Positions 24,839 to 38,460 of a DNA stretch of 64,000 bases are shown here, one piece after another. Each line of letters starts with the position of its first letter. Positions within the stretch are counted from its first letter, which is position 1. Position numbers and translations under genes: made by a program. Origin of the DNA: Camelus dromedarius (Eukaryota). Location: contig NC_087436.1 of assembly GCF_036321535.1 (NCBI RefSeq), positions 54,996,001 to 55,060,000 on the forward strand, written 5' to 3'. The notes beneath the pieces are model-generated. The model was not told the DNA's origin. It made no database searches and was given only the letters and a program-made list of their open reading frames with translations.

Positions 24839-27164
24839 GTGGAGGCTGACACAGCTGAGGCTGTAAGTCAGAGGAAGTTAGCACCTCTCCTGATGCTGCC
24901 ATGGGTGCAGGAGGGCAGATGAATGAGAATAGCAATTTTACCACTTAACTGCCTTGGACCTCAGTTGTCTGAAATTGCAACTTTTTACACATAATCACAG
25001 ATCATGATATTTAAGGCTATAAAATATATAAAGAGGTTACTTGATCTAGGCCTGTGTCTTCATGCAGTCAGTTACTGTCATCCTTATGAATAAAATACTG
25101 TAACAGACCCAGAGGAGAGCCATCGTATGTCTGAGGTGATCCTGCTAATCATCAATAGAGCTGATTCTAAAATGCAGGTTCAGAAGCACATTTATGTGAG
25201 AATGTTCAAAAAAGAAGAGATTCACATTTACCAAATATGTTGGTTTAAAAGGTGTATTGGTATCTGTCCCTCTAATATAAAGCACTTTGAAATTTCTCAC
25301 TAGTTTTTTGGCTTAATTTTTCTTTTTAAGTAGTGTCTCTAGATCCCAGAAAATATGAAGAGCAGAAAAACTTGAGCTCTATGAATGACTTCTCTTCTTA
25401 ATTCAATTTTTGACCAGTGGATTACCTATGATTTTTCAGTGATATTTATTGTTTGCTTATTCAGCCGTGGACATGATAGAGAATAATCTCTTGAATAAAT
25501 GAGTTAACGGGATTAATCCCATATATTGTTGTTTGCCAGTGTTATAAGAACAGTCTTTAACAGCAAAAAATGACAACCCCAGCCTTGAATATAGAGTGAG
25601 GATACCTAAAATATGCTAATGCAAGCTTGTTACACTGTTAATTATGGCATTACATGCTGATCTTAAGTATGATTATAAGCACCATTATATATTAGATGCA
25701 GTTAATTTTGTTTTTCTTGTCTGGTCTGAGGACCCATGAAATTATATATCATCTCAGCATGCAGCTAGAACAATATCTGAGCTGGTTAGTACACTGAGCG
25801 TATTTCCCTTAGAGAGACTTACTGTTCCTAAGAAGGAGATGTAAGGGTGATCATTCAAGGGTGCCTCCTTCCTAACTGTGTAATAAGATTCCAGGAGTCA
25901 CAAAGCCCAGTTATAACACCCATACCCAGACAATATAAAGTGGTGAGAGGGCCTATTCAGACTTGGGTTTAAACTTATTTCTTTCAGTTATTTCCTTTTT
26001 TCTTCTTTGCTTCTTTCCTTTCTTACTTCCACAAATATTTATAATGTTCCAGGCTGTTATTAAGCTATAGTTATTAAATAGTTATTCAGGTATAATTTCT
26101 GCATTCAAAGAGCACACAGTCTGGTCATATGCCACTGCTGGCTGTGTGACCTTACTTAAGTTGCTTGACTTCTTTGAGCACCTAGTACTGAGTCTGGCAT
26201 TATTAGAGGTGAACTGAAGGGAAATATCCTTTCCCTTGATCCCAAGTTATTTGCTGGGGTGTGCATGCTTCATTGTACAACTCCTATCTCTCTCTTTTAT
26301 CTTATTACATCAGTAATTTTGAAGGAAGGTGGAATAGGGTTGGAAAGGATGAGCTTTCTCGACTCCTGAGGTTTTCTTCCTTGTAGAGGGAGCCCCTTTA
26401 GCATAATATTTTGGGACTTTCTCTGCCTCATCATCCTTTTATCCCCCCAGTGAAGAGGTGGGACTTACCTGATAGGTGAATTTGGAAGTAGGTGCTAGAT
26501 ATGAGAGGCTGACCCTTTGTCTCTCTCTCACTGTCTCTGTCTTGGGAAGCATGTATCCTGTGTAGATCCACTATGCTATAAGTTTTCAAGGGCCTTGTTA
26601 TAGGACTGAAGTGTGCAGTGAATCTCTTTTGCCTTTGTCATGGTGGATAAGGCAGTTTTACTGTTGTGTTCATTATAAGACAGCCCACTGACCCTCCAAT
26701 TAGAGCCACATTCTCCATTTTGAGTAATAGAGATGATATTTTGGTGCCCATCTGCCTTCCTCAGTTGATTCAGAACTCGGGTGGGGAAGAGCAATGATAT
26801 TATTGTGCCACTGTGAATCCCATTAAACGATAATTATTGTTTCCTTGGGACTCTTCTGCAGAAAATAATTTTTTAAAATGCCACTTGAACCTAATGATTG
26901 CAGATGCTAGCATAATAGAAACAGGCTGGGGGTCAGATGCCTCTTTCTGTTTTTCTCTGTGAGAGAGTAACTCTTGCATGATTCCTTTCTCCCAAAAGAG
27001 AGGTTATAAAAGATCGTGAGGAGGTTACTCCTTTATGTTTCTCCTTTCCTTATTTAAAAATTAATGGCTTAGCTCCAAAGGAGTTGTCATAGATTCCTAC
27101 TAATTTTCTTAATTACTGTTCTAAATGGTGCAATTGCATTTTGGATATGTAATATTTTTTAATT

Positions 27165-27290
27165 TGTCATACTTTACTACACCCTTGTGAGGTAGGATAT
27201 CCGCATTTTGTAGATTAAGAAATTGCCAGGGAAAAGGAAGTGACTTGCCTAATGTCACACAACAAAACTGTGAATTTGTTGGTGAATATG
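27165..27290 (-). mobile_element. MIR fragment
   Basis: 'ccttgtgaggtagg...cattttgtagattaagaaattg...aagtgacttgcctaatgtcacacaac'. Confidence 0.7.
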
Positions 27291-27618
27291 GAATTAGGCA
27301 TAATTAGAACTCATTAGTAATCGCCCTCTTATGAAATTCACCTGGAGACTCATCAGGTAGAGCTGAAACTTTTAGAAATGAAGAGCAGGAAAAGTCAGCT
27401 TCTTGTTCTGCTTATTATAACTGAATTATTGAGACCTTTAACATAAAACTGGGTGTTTTTCTTTGGAGCCGTCCCCTGCTGGTGATTTTATCAAAGTCCT
27501 GAAAAAGATTGAATACTTTAAAATACATTTGCTCTGACTAACTGTGCTAACCTATCACTAATTTTTAGAGTAACTGATACAAAGATTTGAAATTCCTCTT
27601 CTGATTTTCCATTGTTAT

Positions 27619-28455
27619 ATAGTAGCAAGTTGGAACCAGCTCATAACTTTGTGAGAGCCAACTTAAATCTTCAGGAGTAGTACAAGAGAGTTTTTAAACA
27701 TAACCATTATTGAAAATTAAATTATATAAACTTAAAACTTAAAAACTGTTGAAAACAAAACAAATAAATATCAAAAATTATCACTTAATTATTTTAGTAT
27801 GTTTTATTATTATGTATGCTCTTGAGGTTATTTACTGTATGTATCTAAATGGAGGAAATACTGTATAATTATTTGCTACTGAATCTCTCTTCGCAACTCT
27901 GCATTTAGTGGTTTCATATTAGTAGCTTGGATTCTGTCATGGTGGGAATATTTACACCATGGACACCAGCAAATGCTACAAAATCGGGACTTGATTTACT
28001 GCTTTGTTGATTGTTTGAACTTAAGTGATAGAGAAAATGTTAATAATACAGATTAAACTTTAAAGAATGTCCTATCTGTACCTGTTAAATTGTGACTAGC
28101 ATAAAAATATTTGAGGAAACACCTTTTCAATATTTAAAAAAAAACTGTCAATCAGTTCAGCAAAAATTTGCTCACTGCATTGGTGGTTGAGCAAAGTTCC
28201 CACATTTGTCTTCATTATTTCATCCTTATCTTACTCATTAATGTAAACCAAAATGTCAATCAACATTCTTTGCTGATTGAAATCATAGTTTGGCTGTGGA
28301 TACAAGAGTTCAGGAAAAAACCAATGAAAGCATTCTGTGAGAATAGATTAATATAGAATTTACAATAAAATGTATTGTGTATTTTAATATTATTTATAAA
28401 TTGTGACTGTACCACCTTTATAATATATATATATGATTTTTTTCCTAGAGAGATG
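27619..28455 (+). mobile_element. hAT-Blackjack non-autonomous element (MER63C/D-like)
   Basis: 'ccattattgaaaattaaattatataaactta', 'tgctcttgaggttattta', 'catggtgggaatatttacaccatgga...gcaaatgctacaaaatc' match MER63. Confidence 0.85.
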
Positions 28456-28457
28456 GT

Positions 28458-28922
28458 ATATATTGGGTTGACTAATAATCTTCTCAAAATATATATCCTA
28501 ATTCCCAGAATTTATTATGAGTATCATGTGGCAAAAGAATGAATATTGCTTAGTATTGCAAATGTATGATAAAATAAGGATATTGAGAGGAGGAGCTTAT
28601 TCTGGAGAATCTGGGTGGGGACTAAATGCAATCAATCCTTAATAAAATAGACAAACAGAAAAGGAAGAGGCAATTTGACCATGGATGCAGTGAGTGGAGT
28701 GATATGGCCGCAAGCCAAGGAATGGCCTGCAGCCACCAGCAGCTGGATAAGACATGAAACAGATTCTCCCCTAGAGCCTGTGAGCCTGTGAAGAGAGTGT
28801 GGTACCGATAACACCTTAATTTTGTAATTCTGGACTCCAGAACAGTGACAAAATAAATTTCTCTTGTTTGAAGTCACCTAGTTCATGGTAATTTGTTATG
28901 ATTGTCCTAGGAAGCTAATACA
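28458..28922 (+). mobile_element. MaLR solo LTR (MLT1C/D-like)
   Basis: 'caagccaaggaatg...cagccaccagcagctgga...aacagattctcccctagagcct'; ends 'ggtaatttgttatg...ggaagctaataca'. Confidence 0.88.
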
Positions 28923-31900
28923 AGGTGTGATGAAGAGCCATCCTATGGGTGATTTGGCGTCAGGTAGGGAAGATGCTGTTGAAATGATCAGGATTCTTGT
29001 TTCCCAACTTCTGGTTACTTATGTTTCCTTTGTTTATGCTTCTAGGCAGTTTATTTTTACATCTGGTCCAAGGGTAAAAATAAAACTCATTTTAAGTCCT
29101 AATCTACTTTAACCCTCTGGTATTGTGCATGTGTGTCCCGCCCCCAATATTCCTCAGAAGTGGCTGCTCAGACTGAGTATACTTTGCTCCCCTTGTCAAA
29201 CTTCCCAAACCCTTCAAGAGACAATGTTAAGTTTCCTCATATTCTTGGCAACCTTTCATCAGACATCTTATCCTTATGCTTTTCTTTACTATTCCTTGCC
29301 CTTTAACAATTTCACTGCCATTTATTACCGAGAGCCCACAGCTTCTCAGCTCACTAGTTTTGGCTATTGCATTATTTCCTTACTCTGCATTATTGCTATT
29401 CTGAGTAGTGTAACACCTTAGAATTGTGAAGGGCCTTCAAATCTTTGCATCAGATTGATTTACTAATTTGGAAGTTATTTCCCTTCTCTATGATTTTATT
29501 GCTTTTCTGTCATGTTTCAACTCCATAGTTAGTTAGCTCCTGTCCTAATAAACCTCTCTCTATTCTGGTTGTCTTGGTGATGGCCTCTATTGTATTTGGT
29601 TTCTCCTGTATTTCCTGTACTCACTTTATTAATCTCACTTACGGAAGAAATACGCTTACAGAGAGGAGAGGTTTTTTAAAAAAATTAAACCAATATTGCC
29701 TAATTTAAAATCTCAGTGGGCTAAAAACTAGCCTCTACCATATTTTCAACCCCCCACCTCCCCCCAAAAAACCCATAGTTTTGCCAAGATTTGTTGAGTA
29801 CCACCAGTATGCCTGTGTTTGTCACTGGTTATTAGACAAAAAACCAAAAGTGATCAAGACCCCAGTCTCTCAGTCTCTTATCTTCAAGCCCTTGTAAATA
29901 TTTTCTTAATTCATCTAGATCTTTTATTTGTAGCAATTACATGTTGTCTATCATTAATTTCCTTAGGAATAATTTTCGTTTCATTGCAGAAAAGTAGACT
30001 AATGATCTCGGAAGTTTCCTTCACTATGAGGTCATTTATAAGGCAGCTCACATTTTGCTTGTAGCTCTCATTAGGACCGGTGGGCATTCGCTATTTATAG
30101 AGAACTCTCTAAGTAGGTTCCAGCATTTAATCTCTTGCCTCAGTTACTTCTAAAATAATTATATTTCAGTTTTTCTTGCAGTAGAATTCTGGTCTTCTCA
30201 GTTTGTAGTTTGGCAATCTTCACTCCAAAGGCAGAAAGCAGCATTTTAAGAAATTTATCATTTCTGATTCTGCTTTTCAATTCATTGATTAATTTGCAGT
30301 CAGATTTAATTTTTTTATCTTTTATTATTTCCTGTGATTTTGAGCTCAGTAATAGTTTAGGAACTATTGTTCTGTTGTTTATTGTTTGTTGTTCCCTTCA
30401 AGAGTATAAAATTGTCATTTTTAACGACATCCTTTGACTTTCTGCCACATAATTTTATTCTTAATTCACCCTTTTCTGTGATAAATTTAAAGGGAACATG
30501 AGCTATGCTTTCACAGGAAATTGTACAGATTTATGTAAGCATCTCATAGAAGCTGGAAATATGTTTTGTACAAGGGTTTTATTGATGTGTAATTGATATA
30601 CAATAAACTACACGTTTAAACTATAAAATATGCATATGTGTGTGTATAAACAATGAGCAAAATAATGCATACGTTTATCACCCCCCAAAATTTCCTCATG
30701 CTGTTTTGTGATTCCCCTCTCCCAGCCCCTTACATATATTTCTCATCCCCAGATAGTCATGAATCTGCTTTTTTTCTATGTATAGATTAGTTTGTATTTT
30801 CTAGAATTTTAAAAAACTTATAGGAGGTGTAAGTTTTTTGCCTGGCTTCTTTCACCTTAGCATAATTATTTTGAAATTCATGTCGTTGTTTGTATCAATG
30901 GTTCATTCGTTTTTATTGTTGAATAGGTTTCCATTGAAGGAATATACCAGAATTTGTTTATTGATTTTCCTGATGATGGACATTTGGGTTGTTTCCAGTT
31001 TGGGGTTATTTTTATAAATAAAGTGGCTGTGGGATTTGTGTACTAGTCTTTGTATGGAAATATATTTCATTTCTTTGGGAAGCACCTAAGGATAGAATGG
31101 CTGGGTCATATGGTAGGTGTATATTTTATCATTTTAAAACACTATCAAACTATTTTCCAAAGTAGTTGTATTATTTCCATCCAGTGAGTTCCAGTTTCTC
31201 CACATTCCTTGCCATTACGTTGTATTGTCAGTCTTTTGTTTTGTAAGCATAATAGGTATGTGATGCTAGCTCTTTGTAGCTTTAGTTTTTATTTCCTAAT
31301 GATTACTGATATTAAACATCTATTCATGGATTAATTTGCCACTTCTTTCATGAAACATCTGTTCAGATCGTTTGTGTATTTTAAATGATGTTGTTTGTTT
31401 ACTTATTATTGAGTTATGAGAGTTCTTTATATGTTCTGGACACAAATCTTTGATCAGATATATGCTTTGCAGATATTGTTTTCCTAATTTGTAGCTTATG
31501 TTTTCATTCTTTGAATAGTTTTTTTCACAGAACAGAGGTTCTTACATTTATGAATTCTAACATAGACATAGTTTTATTTTATGAATCATAGTTTTGTAGC
31601 TTTTCCTAATCAAATATTTGTTTACTTCTATAAATTTTAGATTTATATTAATTTTATGAACTACTCTTAGTGCAAAGTACTTTTTAAAAATATGGCTGAT
31701 TTTCAGCACCAGTTGTCACTGAAAATAAAACTATTATTTCTCTATTGAATTGCTTTTGTACCTTTATCAGAAATCAGTTGTTCATATATTTTGTGGACTC
31801 TTTATTCTGTTCCATTGATCCACTTATATATCTTGATGCCAGTATCACACTATCTGGATTACTGTAGCTTTATAATGATTTTGATATTCAGATAGTACTT

Positions 31901-33306
31901 TAAATTTGCTCTTTTTAGTAATCTTTACTTTTTATTTTAGCTATTGTAGGTACTTTTTACTTCATATGTATTTTAAAAGGAACTTGACAATTTATATAAA
32001 CACTAAGATGGGATTTTAATTGAGATTATATCAAACCTATAGAGTAAATTGGAGGTTGGGCATCTTAACAAAATTAATTTTTCTGTTACATGAATATCTA
32101 TATTTATCAATTTATTTAGGTATTAATATATCATCATAATGTTTTGTAGTTTTCAGTATGTAGGTCTTGTACACCTCTTGTCACATTTATTATTAAGCAT
32201 TTCATATTTCTTGATGCTATTACTGATGGTATTGCTTCATTTAATTTCTATTTCTAATTGTTTGTGCCTAGTACATAGAAATAAAATTGATCTTTGTATT
32301 TTGATCTTATAGCCTACAGTCTTTTGAAATTCACTAACTTTTTTGTGTCTATTTCATCAATTTATTTACATTGACTATTATACTGTCTACAAATAAAGAT
32401 AATTTTAACTTCTAACAAATCTAGATGGCAACCGTTTTTTCCTATATTATACTAGTTAGAATCCTCAGTAAAACTTTGAATAAAGGTTGAGAGAGTGGAA
32501 ATTTTAGTTTTTCCTTAATTGTAGAGATAAATAATTCAATCTTTCACCATTAAGTATGGTATGAATTATAAATATAAATGTTTTTTACTAGAATCAGAAA
32601 TATCCATTTTATGTCTAGTTTGATTAGATTTTTTAGAAATCGGGAATGGATGTTTGATTTTTCTTACACTTTTTTCACTTACTGAGATGTCATAAGTATG
32701 TATGTAAATATGGTGACTTACCTAGAATAATTTCCAATGTTTTAGTTTTCAGTGTTTAATCAACGTTCCATTTCTGGTTTAAATCCTACTTGTTCATTAT
32801 GTATTATCTTTTTTATATGTTAATGCTTGCTTTTGGGAATAATTTCCTTCTTTTCAAATAATTGAGGATTTTAAAAATCATTATATTTGGTCTCTTTTGT
32901 TGCCTTAACACAAACTCTTTGTTTTATTTAAAGAATACTCTTCAGTTTAAAATAAACTCTTTCGTTATGTTATTCTTGAGGGTTTAGGATATACAACTTT
33001 TATCTATGGATATTTTCAAATGAAACTGATTTCAAATGATACTATACTACTTCAGTTGCAGTATTGTAGAGTAAGAACTTTAAAACGTTACACCCCCAGG
33101 CTTGTGCTATTGTTGCCATATATTTTGGGTCTGTGTATTATAAACCCCAGTGCACATTGGTATTACTTTTGCTTTAAAGAGTTGATATTCTATAAAAATC
33201 TTTTTAAAATTATAATTACCCATTTAGTTTCTATGATAAGGGCTCTTCTTTCCCTATTCAAGTTTCCATCTGGTAACAATGTTTGTCTGCTTGTAGGACT
33301 TTCTTT

Positions 33307-34221
33307 TTTTTTTTTTTTTTTTTTAACATTTTTTATTGATTTATAATCATTTTACAATGTTATGTCAAACTCCAGTGTAGAGCACAATTTTTCAGTTATA
33401 CATGAACATACATATATTCATTGTCACATTTTTTTCTCTGTGAACTACCATAAGATGTGTATATTTCCCTGTGCTTTATAGTATAATCTTATTTATCTAT
33501 TCTACAATTTTAAAATCGTATCTGTCCCTTCCCACCCTCCACCCCCTTGGCAACCACAAGTTTGTATTCTATGTCTATGAGTCTATTTCTGTTTTGTATT
33601 TATGCTTTGTTTTTTTGTTTTTGTTTTTTAGATTCCACATATGAGCGATCTCATATGGTATTTTTATTTCTCTTTCTAGCTTACTTCACTTAGAATAACA
33701 TTCTCCAGGAGCATCCATGTTGCTGCAAATCACGTCATGTTGTTGGTTTTTATGGCTGAATAGTATTCTATTGTATAAATATACCACCTCTTCTTTATCC
33801 AGTCATCCGTTGATGGACATTTAGGCTGTTTCCATGTCTTGGCTATTGTAAATAGTGCTGCTATGAACATTGGGGTGCAGGTGTCATCCTGAAGAAGGGT
33901 TCCTTCTGGATATAAGCCCAGGAGCAGGATTCCTACGTCATACAGTAAGTCTATTCCTAGTCTTTTGAGGAATCTCCATACTGTTTTCCACAGTGGCTGC
34001 ACCAAACTGCATTCCCACCAGCAGTGTAGGAGGGTTCCCTTTTCTCCACAGCCTCTCCAGCATTTGTCATTTGTGGATTTTTGAATGATGGCCATTCTGA
34101 CTGGTGTGAGGTGGTACCTCATTGTAGTTTTGATTTGCATTTCTCTGATAATTGGTGATATTAGCATGTTTTCATGTGCTTATTGATCATTTGTATGTCT
34201 TCCTTGGAGAATTGCTTGTTC
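33307..34221 (-). mobile_element. Young 5'-truncated LINE-1 (probably camelid-specific) with poly(A) tail and 12-bp TSD
   Basis: T run at 33304-33324; TSD AGGACTTTCTTT at 33295-33306 and 34222-34233; well-preserved ORF2 C-terminus. Confidence 0.93.
33628..34221 (-). pseudogene. L1 ORF2p C-terminal remnant with CCHC zinc knuckle
   Basis: [20 protein letters not shown]...[18 protein letters not shown]...; the tail reads MT*FAATWMLLENVILSEVS*KEK*KYHMRSLICGI* with three premature stops. Confidence 0.93.
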
Positions 34222-35148
34222 AGGACTTTCTTTATTACTGATAGTATACAGTTCTGGAAGTGATCAATTCTTTAAGCTTTCATTTGTCTGAAATAGCCTT
34301 TATTTCACTCTCAATTTAAAAAGTTATGTTCTCTGGGTAGAGTTCTAGGTTGACAGTACTTTTCCTTAAGTACTTTAAATGTGTTTTTCCAGTCTTACAT
34401 CTTACGTTATTTATGATGGGAAATTTTCTATCATTCTTAAGTATGATATGAATTGTATATTATTGGTTATTTTGTATATAATGCTCTTTTTTCTGGATAC
34501 TTTTAAGATTTTTCTGTTTCTCAATAGTTTTAGGCGATTTAATAATGATATGATATGCCTTGGTGTCACTTTCTTTATGTTTCTTGTACTTGGGTTTTTT
34601 GAGTTTTGGGATATTTGGGGTTTTATTTTTCATCAGATTTGGAAACATTGTGATGATTATTTTTCCAAAATTTTTTTGTTCTTACAGTCTCTGCTCTCCT
34701 TTGGAGACTACAATTAAACATATATTTGTCCTCTTAATATTTTCCCACAGCTCAGCTCATGTTCTCTTCATTTTTTTAAGGTTAATTTTCCCTATGTGTT
34801 TTATTTCAGATAGTTTCTAAGTCTTCAAGTTCACAACTTTTTTTTTCTACCTATAAAGTCCCAACTATTTTTTAATCCCTTCCAGTGTAATTTCTATACT
34901 GAATCATAATTCTTATTTCTAAAAATTCAATTTGGCCTTGTTTTGTTTTTTAACAACATGCTTACCTAATGTGTTTACTCTTTCCTCCAGTTTCTTGAAC
35001 ATATGGAATATTTTAAATAATAATTTTAATCATTTTAATAATGCCTGGACTGCTAATTCTATCATCTGTGCCATTTCTGGGCCAGTTTTAATGAATGATT
35101 TTCCTTTCTTCATGGGTCATACATTTTTGTTTCTTTGAATGCATTTTT

Positions 35149-35182
<34 letters not shown>

Positions 35183-35202
35183 AATACACACATATATATA
35201 TA
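35149..35202. repeat. Imperfect (TA)n microsatellite
   Basis: Read directly from the sequence. Confidence 0.9.
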
Positions 35203-35342
35203 TCAATACATACACATATTTTCAATTCAGATATTATACATTTCATCTTATTGTGTTCTGGATGTTTCACATACCTGAAAATATTCTTAGGATTGACTTT
35301 ATATCAGCCCTCTGTGAGTCCTCTGCACTGTTTTCTTTAATA

Positions 35343-35532
35343 TGGGATTTCTCAGCCTTGGTACAACTAATATTTTAGACCGGTCAAGTCATTGTTGTGG
35401 GGGGCTCTCCTGTACACTGTAGGATGTTTAGCAGCAGATGGGACCCTCCTCACAAGATATGACAACAAATATATCTGAACATGTTGCCAAATGTATCCTC
35501 AGGGGCAAAACTGCCTCATTTGAGAAGTACTG
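35343..35532 (-). mobile_element. MER20 (hAT-Charlie MITE)
   Basis: 'tttctcagccttgg...ttgttgtggggggctctcctgtacactgtaggatgtttagcagca...gttgccaaatgtatcctcaggggcaaaa...tgagaagtactg'. Confidence 0.9.
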
Positions 35533-38214
35533 CTCTATTGCTTGGGGGGAGTCCTTTCCCTTGGTTTCAGGTAGTTTCCTCACATTCCTATGCTGATCAG
35601 TATTCAGCTGAATATTTGAGGGGGGCCCTCTGAAGATGCTGGAGCTTTCTCTATGTATCTCTCTCCACTGTGTTCCTTTGCCCTATGAATTCTAGCCACA
35701 TTCTATTTTCCTCAATTGTGGGAGGCTGCTGGGCTCTTTTCTGGGTCCTTTCTGTCTGTGCTGTAGCCTGGAAACTTTCCCAGTCAGTAAGCTGGGCAGT
35801 GGTAGGACTCAAACTTATTTTTCATCTATCACAGATCACTGACCTTAAAGAAGTCTTTTATGTTTTTAATTACATAAATATGCTATTAAAATTAAATTGT
35901 ATATGTATGTGTATATTTTTGTATATATATGCTCATATTTATAGTGCTCTTAACATGTTTCAATGCCTTGTTTAGAAATATATCCTCTATTGGCTGTATA
36001 TTTAGAAGATAAAAAGATATCATCCCTATAAAATTTGTCCTTATCAAGTGAATGTTTATCTTGCCAAAATTTTTATTCAGGTTTCCCTTATCCTGAAATA
36101 AAATCCAGGAAATGACTTGCAGATCCTACTTGCAAAAGATAATTATGATTTCTGACTTGAATCACTATATTCTTATCAATAGGAAGCTAAAGGTAAAATA
36201 AGAATTAAAAACTAAAAATTTATGTTAACTTTCAATAACTACCTAGAATTGGATTATTTTAAATATAATTATAAAAATTTAAGTAGTTGGATTGTCATTA
36301 ATGTATTTTATTTAATTTCTTTCTACAATTAGACTTACGGAATTAGCATTTTTTCTATTGCAATATGTTCTAATATTGCAATAATTTGAACTTAATACTA
36401 TTGAATTATTCATCTGTTGGTCTTGCCCATTTGCTTTTTGGCAGTTTCCAGACTTCCCCGTGCCTGGCGTGGCAACCCTAGATCTGAGGTTCAGACATAC
36501 TCCAACTTGCTCTTCTTTCTTGAAACCAAGGACCTAGTTATTCTTTGTTTATATGCAATAAACAAATCTTTGTTGATTTGTAAATAGGAGCTAATTATCT
36601 TTTATTCTACTTCTCACTCCAGTATGTACATTTAAATTTAACATGATTCATTAATACCTACTCTGCACCAGGCAAAATTTTACATGTTTTAATTTGAGGA
36701 AAATCCTCATTAAGTGAGGAGCGTTATAAAATGAGACACATGATATTTACCTTCTTTATTTTTCCCTGAATATTCAATTGCCCTTTTTTTAAGAAAATAT
36801 TTCAATCCAAAATTCTCTTGCTGTTCCTTGGGGATGATAGAGAGTAATTTTCAGAATGGACTAAACTATGCTAGAAATGGCAAAACATAAAATTGTCCTT
36901 TATAAGAACAAACTGAGTACACATTGCACCTACGTACAATCTGTCACCCAAGCATAGCATTTAATATAGAACAGGATGTGCAGCTGTGTTTTTGTAACAC
37001 AGTGCAGTTCCATCATCCCACACAACACTAGATACTCTTCCACACGGCCTGTAATATGTCTCTAGATAAACCACAGGCAGTCTTTGGAATTCTGTCTTTT
37101 TCCCCATGATCTAATTATTTTTTCTTATTACTTTCTTTATTATTCCAGTTTTACTTTCTTACTAATTCTTATTATTTTTTAATCAAAATGACTAAATAAA
37201 ATTTGAGACACATATGTTTTACATTTTAGAATAGTCTTCTTAATTTGATATTCTTGAATTAAATTTATTTTTTAAGTTGGAAAGTTTAATTAAATCTGAG
37301 GTTAAATTCCTTTTGTTTAAAGCTTGTGAAGAGACTTTTGAGTTCAGTCTTTCCCAAGTATTTCTGTTCCCACATACAACCTAGTCCAGACCCCTCACAT
37401 AGATAGAATTGATGTGCTTTCAAAATAGGTTTTACATCTTATGTCCGTTACATGATGGCCTAAGTCAATTTAGCCATTCACAATTATTAGGTTTTTGGTT
37501 TCATTTTTTTTTTTACAAGTCTCAGTAGTCTCCAATTAAATTATTAGTTGGGTATTGCCACAAGTTTGCTTCTTTTTTTACAGTGATAGTAAATGTGATA
37601 AATGTAAGTTTCAGAATACTGCTACTTATGGAAACATTTATTAGGAAACAATGACAAAAACAAATATATAACCTTTTCTTGTAAGTTCAGTGGAGTCCAA
37701 CTCATTATCATTTAGGTATTCTGATGAGAATCTTACATGAAAGGTTAGCTCAAGGCATGTGAGACAGTCTTCTAGCAGCAGAACTTATCTTTCCTGGTTG
37801 GAATACAGTGACAGAATCCTTCATTAAATGAACCAAGGACTGAATTAAGAGTGTTGGGTTTAGAATACTACTTTGAAAGGTATAATCTGCTGGGCAAATC
37901 ACCCATATTGAATAACACATATCTCCAATGAAAAAATTATTTCTAACATCTTTTGTAGTAGTTAACAAACTCATAAGAGTGGATGGAGCTAAAGACAATG
38001 GGAGAAATTTTAATCAGTTGTGGGATTTGAACTCCAGCTAACTAACCAACCGTCTCTGGAGTAGGTAATCCTGATTAGGATCATTTAAATTAACCAACTG
38101 CCCTTAAAGTATAGATTAAAATTAATTTACACACACACACACACATACATATACATATCCATATCACTCAGCTCAAGCATTTTAGGGTACGTTTATAGCC
38201 ATTTAACAAAGTGT

Positions 38215-38460
38215 ACACGTATAAAAATCCATGCTGCAAATATCTTCCAGATTAACCTCTCTAAAACAAAGCTTTGTATTTTTCATACTCCCTTCTTGCT
38301 CGAAAGTTTCCATTGTAATCCATTATCTATAGAGTTATATTCAAATCTTCAGCCTGGCAATTATGGACATACAAGATCTGGTGTCATTTATCTCACAGAT
38401 ATTAACTGCCACCACTTCTTTAACGATCTTTTTCATTTACCTGCATGACTCTTCCCAGTT
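38215..38460 (+). mobile_element. LINE-2 fragment
   Basis: 'catactcccttcttgctcgaaagtttccattg...ttcaaatcttcagcctggcaatt...gatctgg'. Confidence 0.55.

Larger units (their letters stand above)
30575..35850 (-). mobile_element. Ancient LINE-1 (L1MB/MC/ME-like): 3' end, 3' half of ORF2, then ORF1/5' region; hosts a nested young L1 and MER20
   Basis: 3' end 'ttttattgatgtgtaattgatatacaataaact'; ORF 30903-31085 resembles a frameshifted ORF2 C-terminus; ORF1-like antisense sequence at about 34240-35100. Confidence 0.8.

Noticed and set aside
33730..34167. 145-aa ORF as a host protein-coding gene
   Set aside because: It is the L1 ORF2p C-terminus of a 5'-truncated copy with premature stops
36900..37060. 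Minus-strand exon with chromodomain-like GRVEEYLV
   Set aside because: Similarity stops after a few residues, the acceptor is weak and the frame closes
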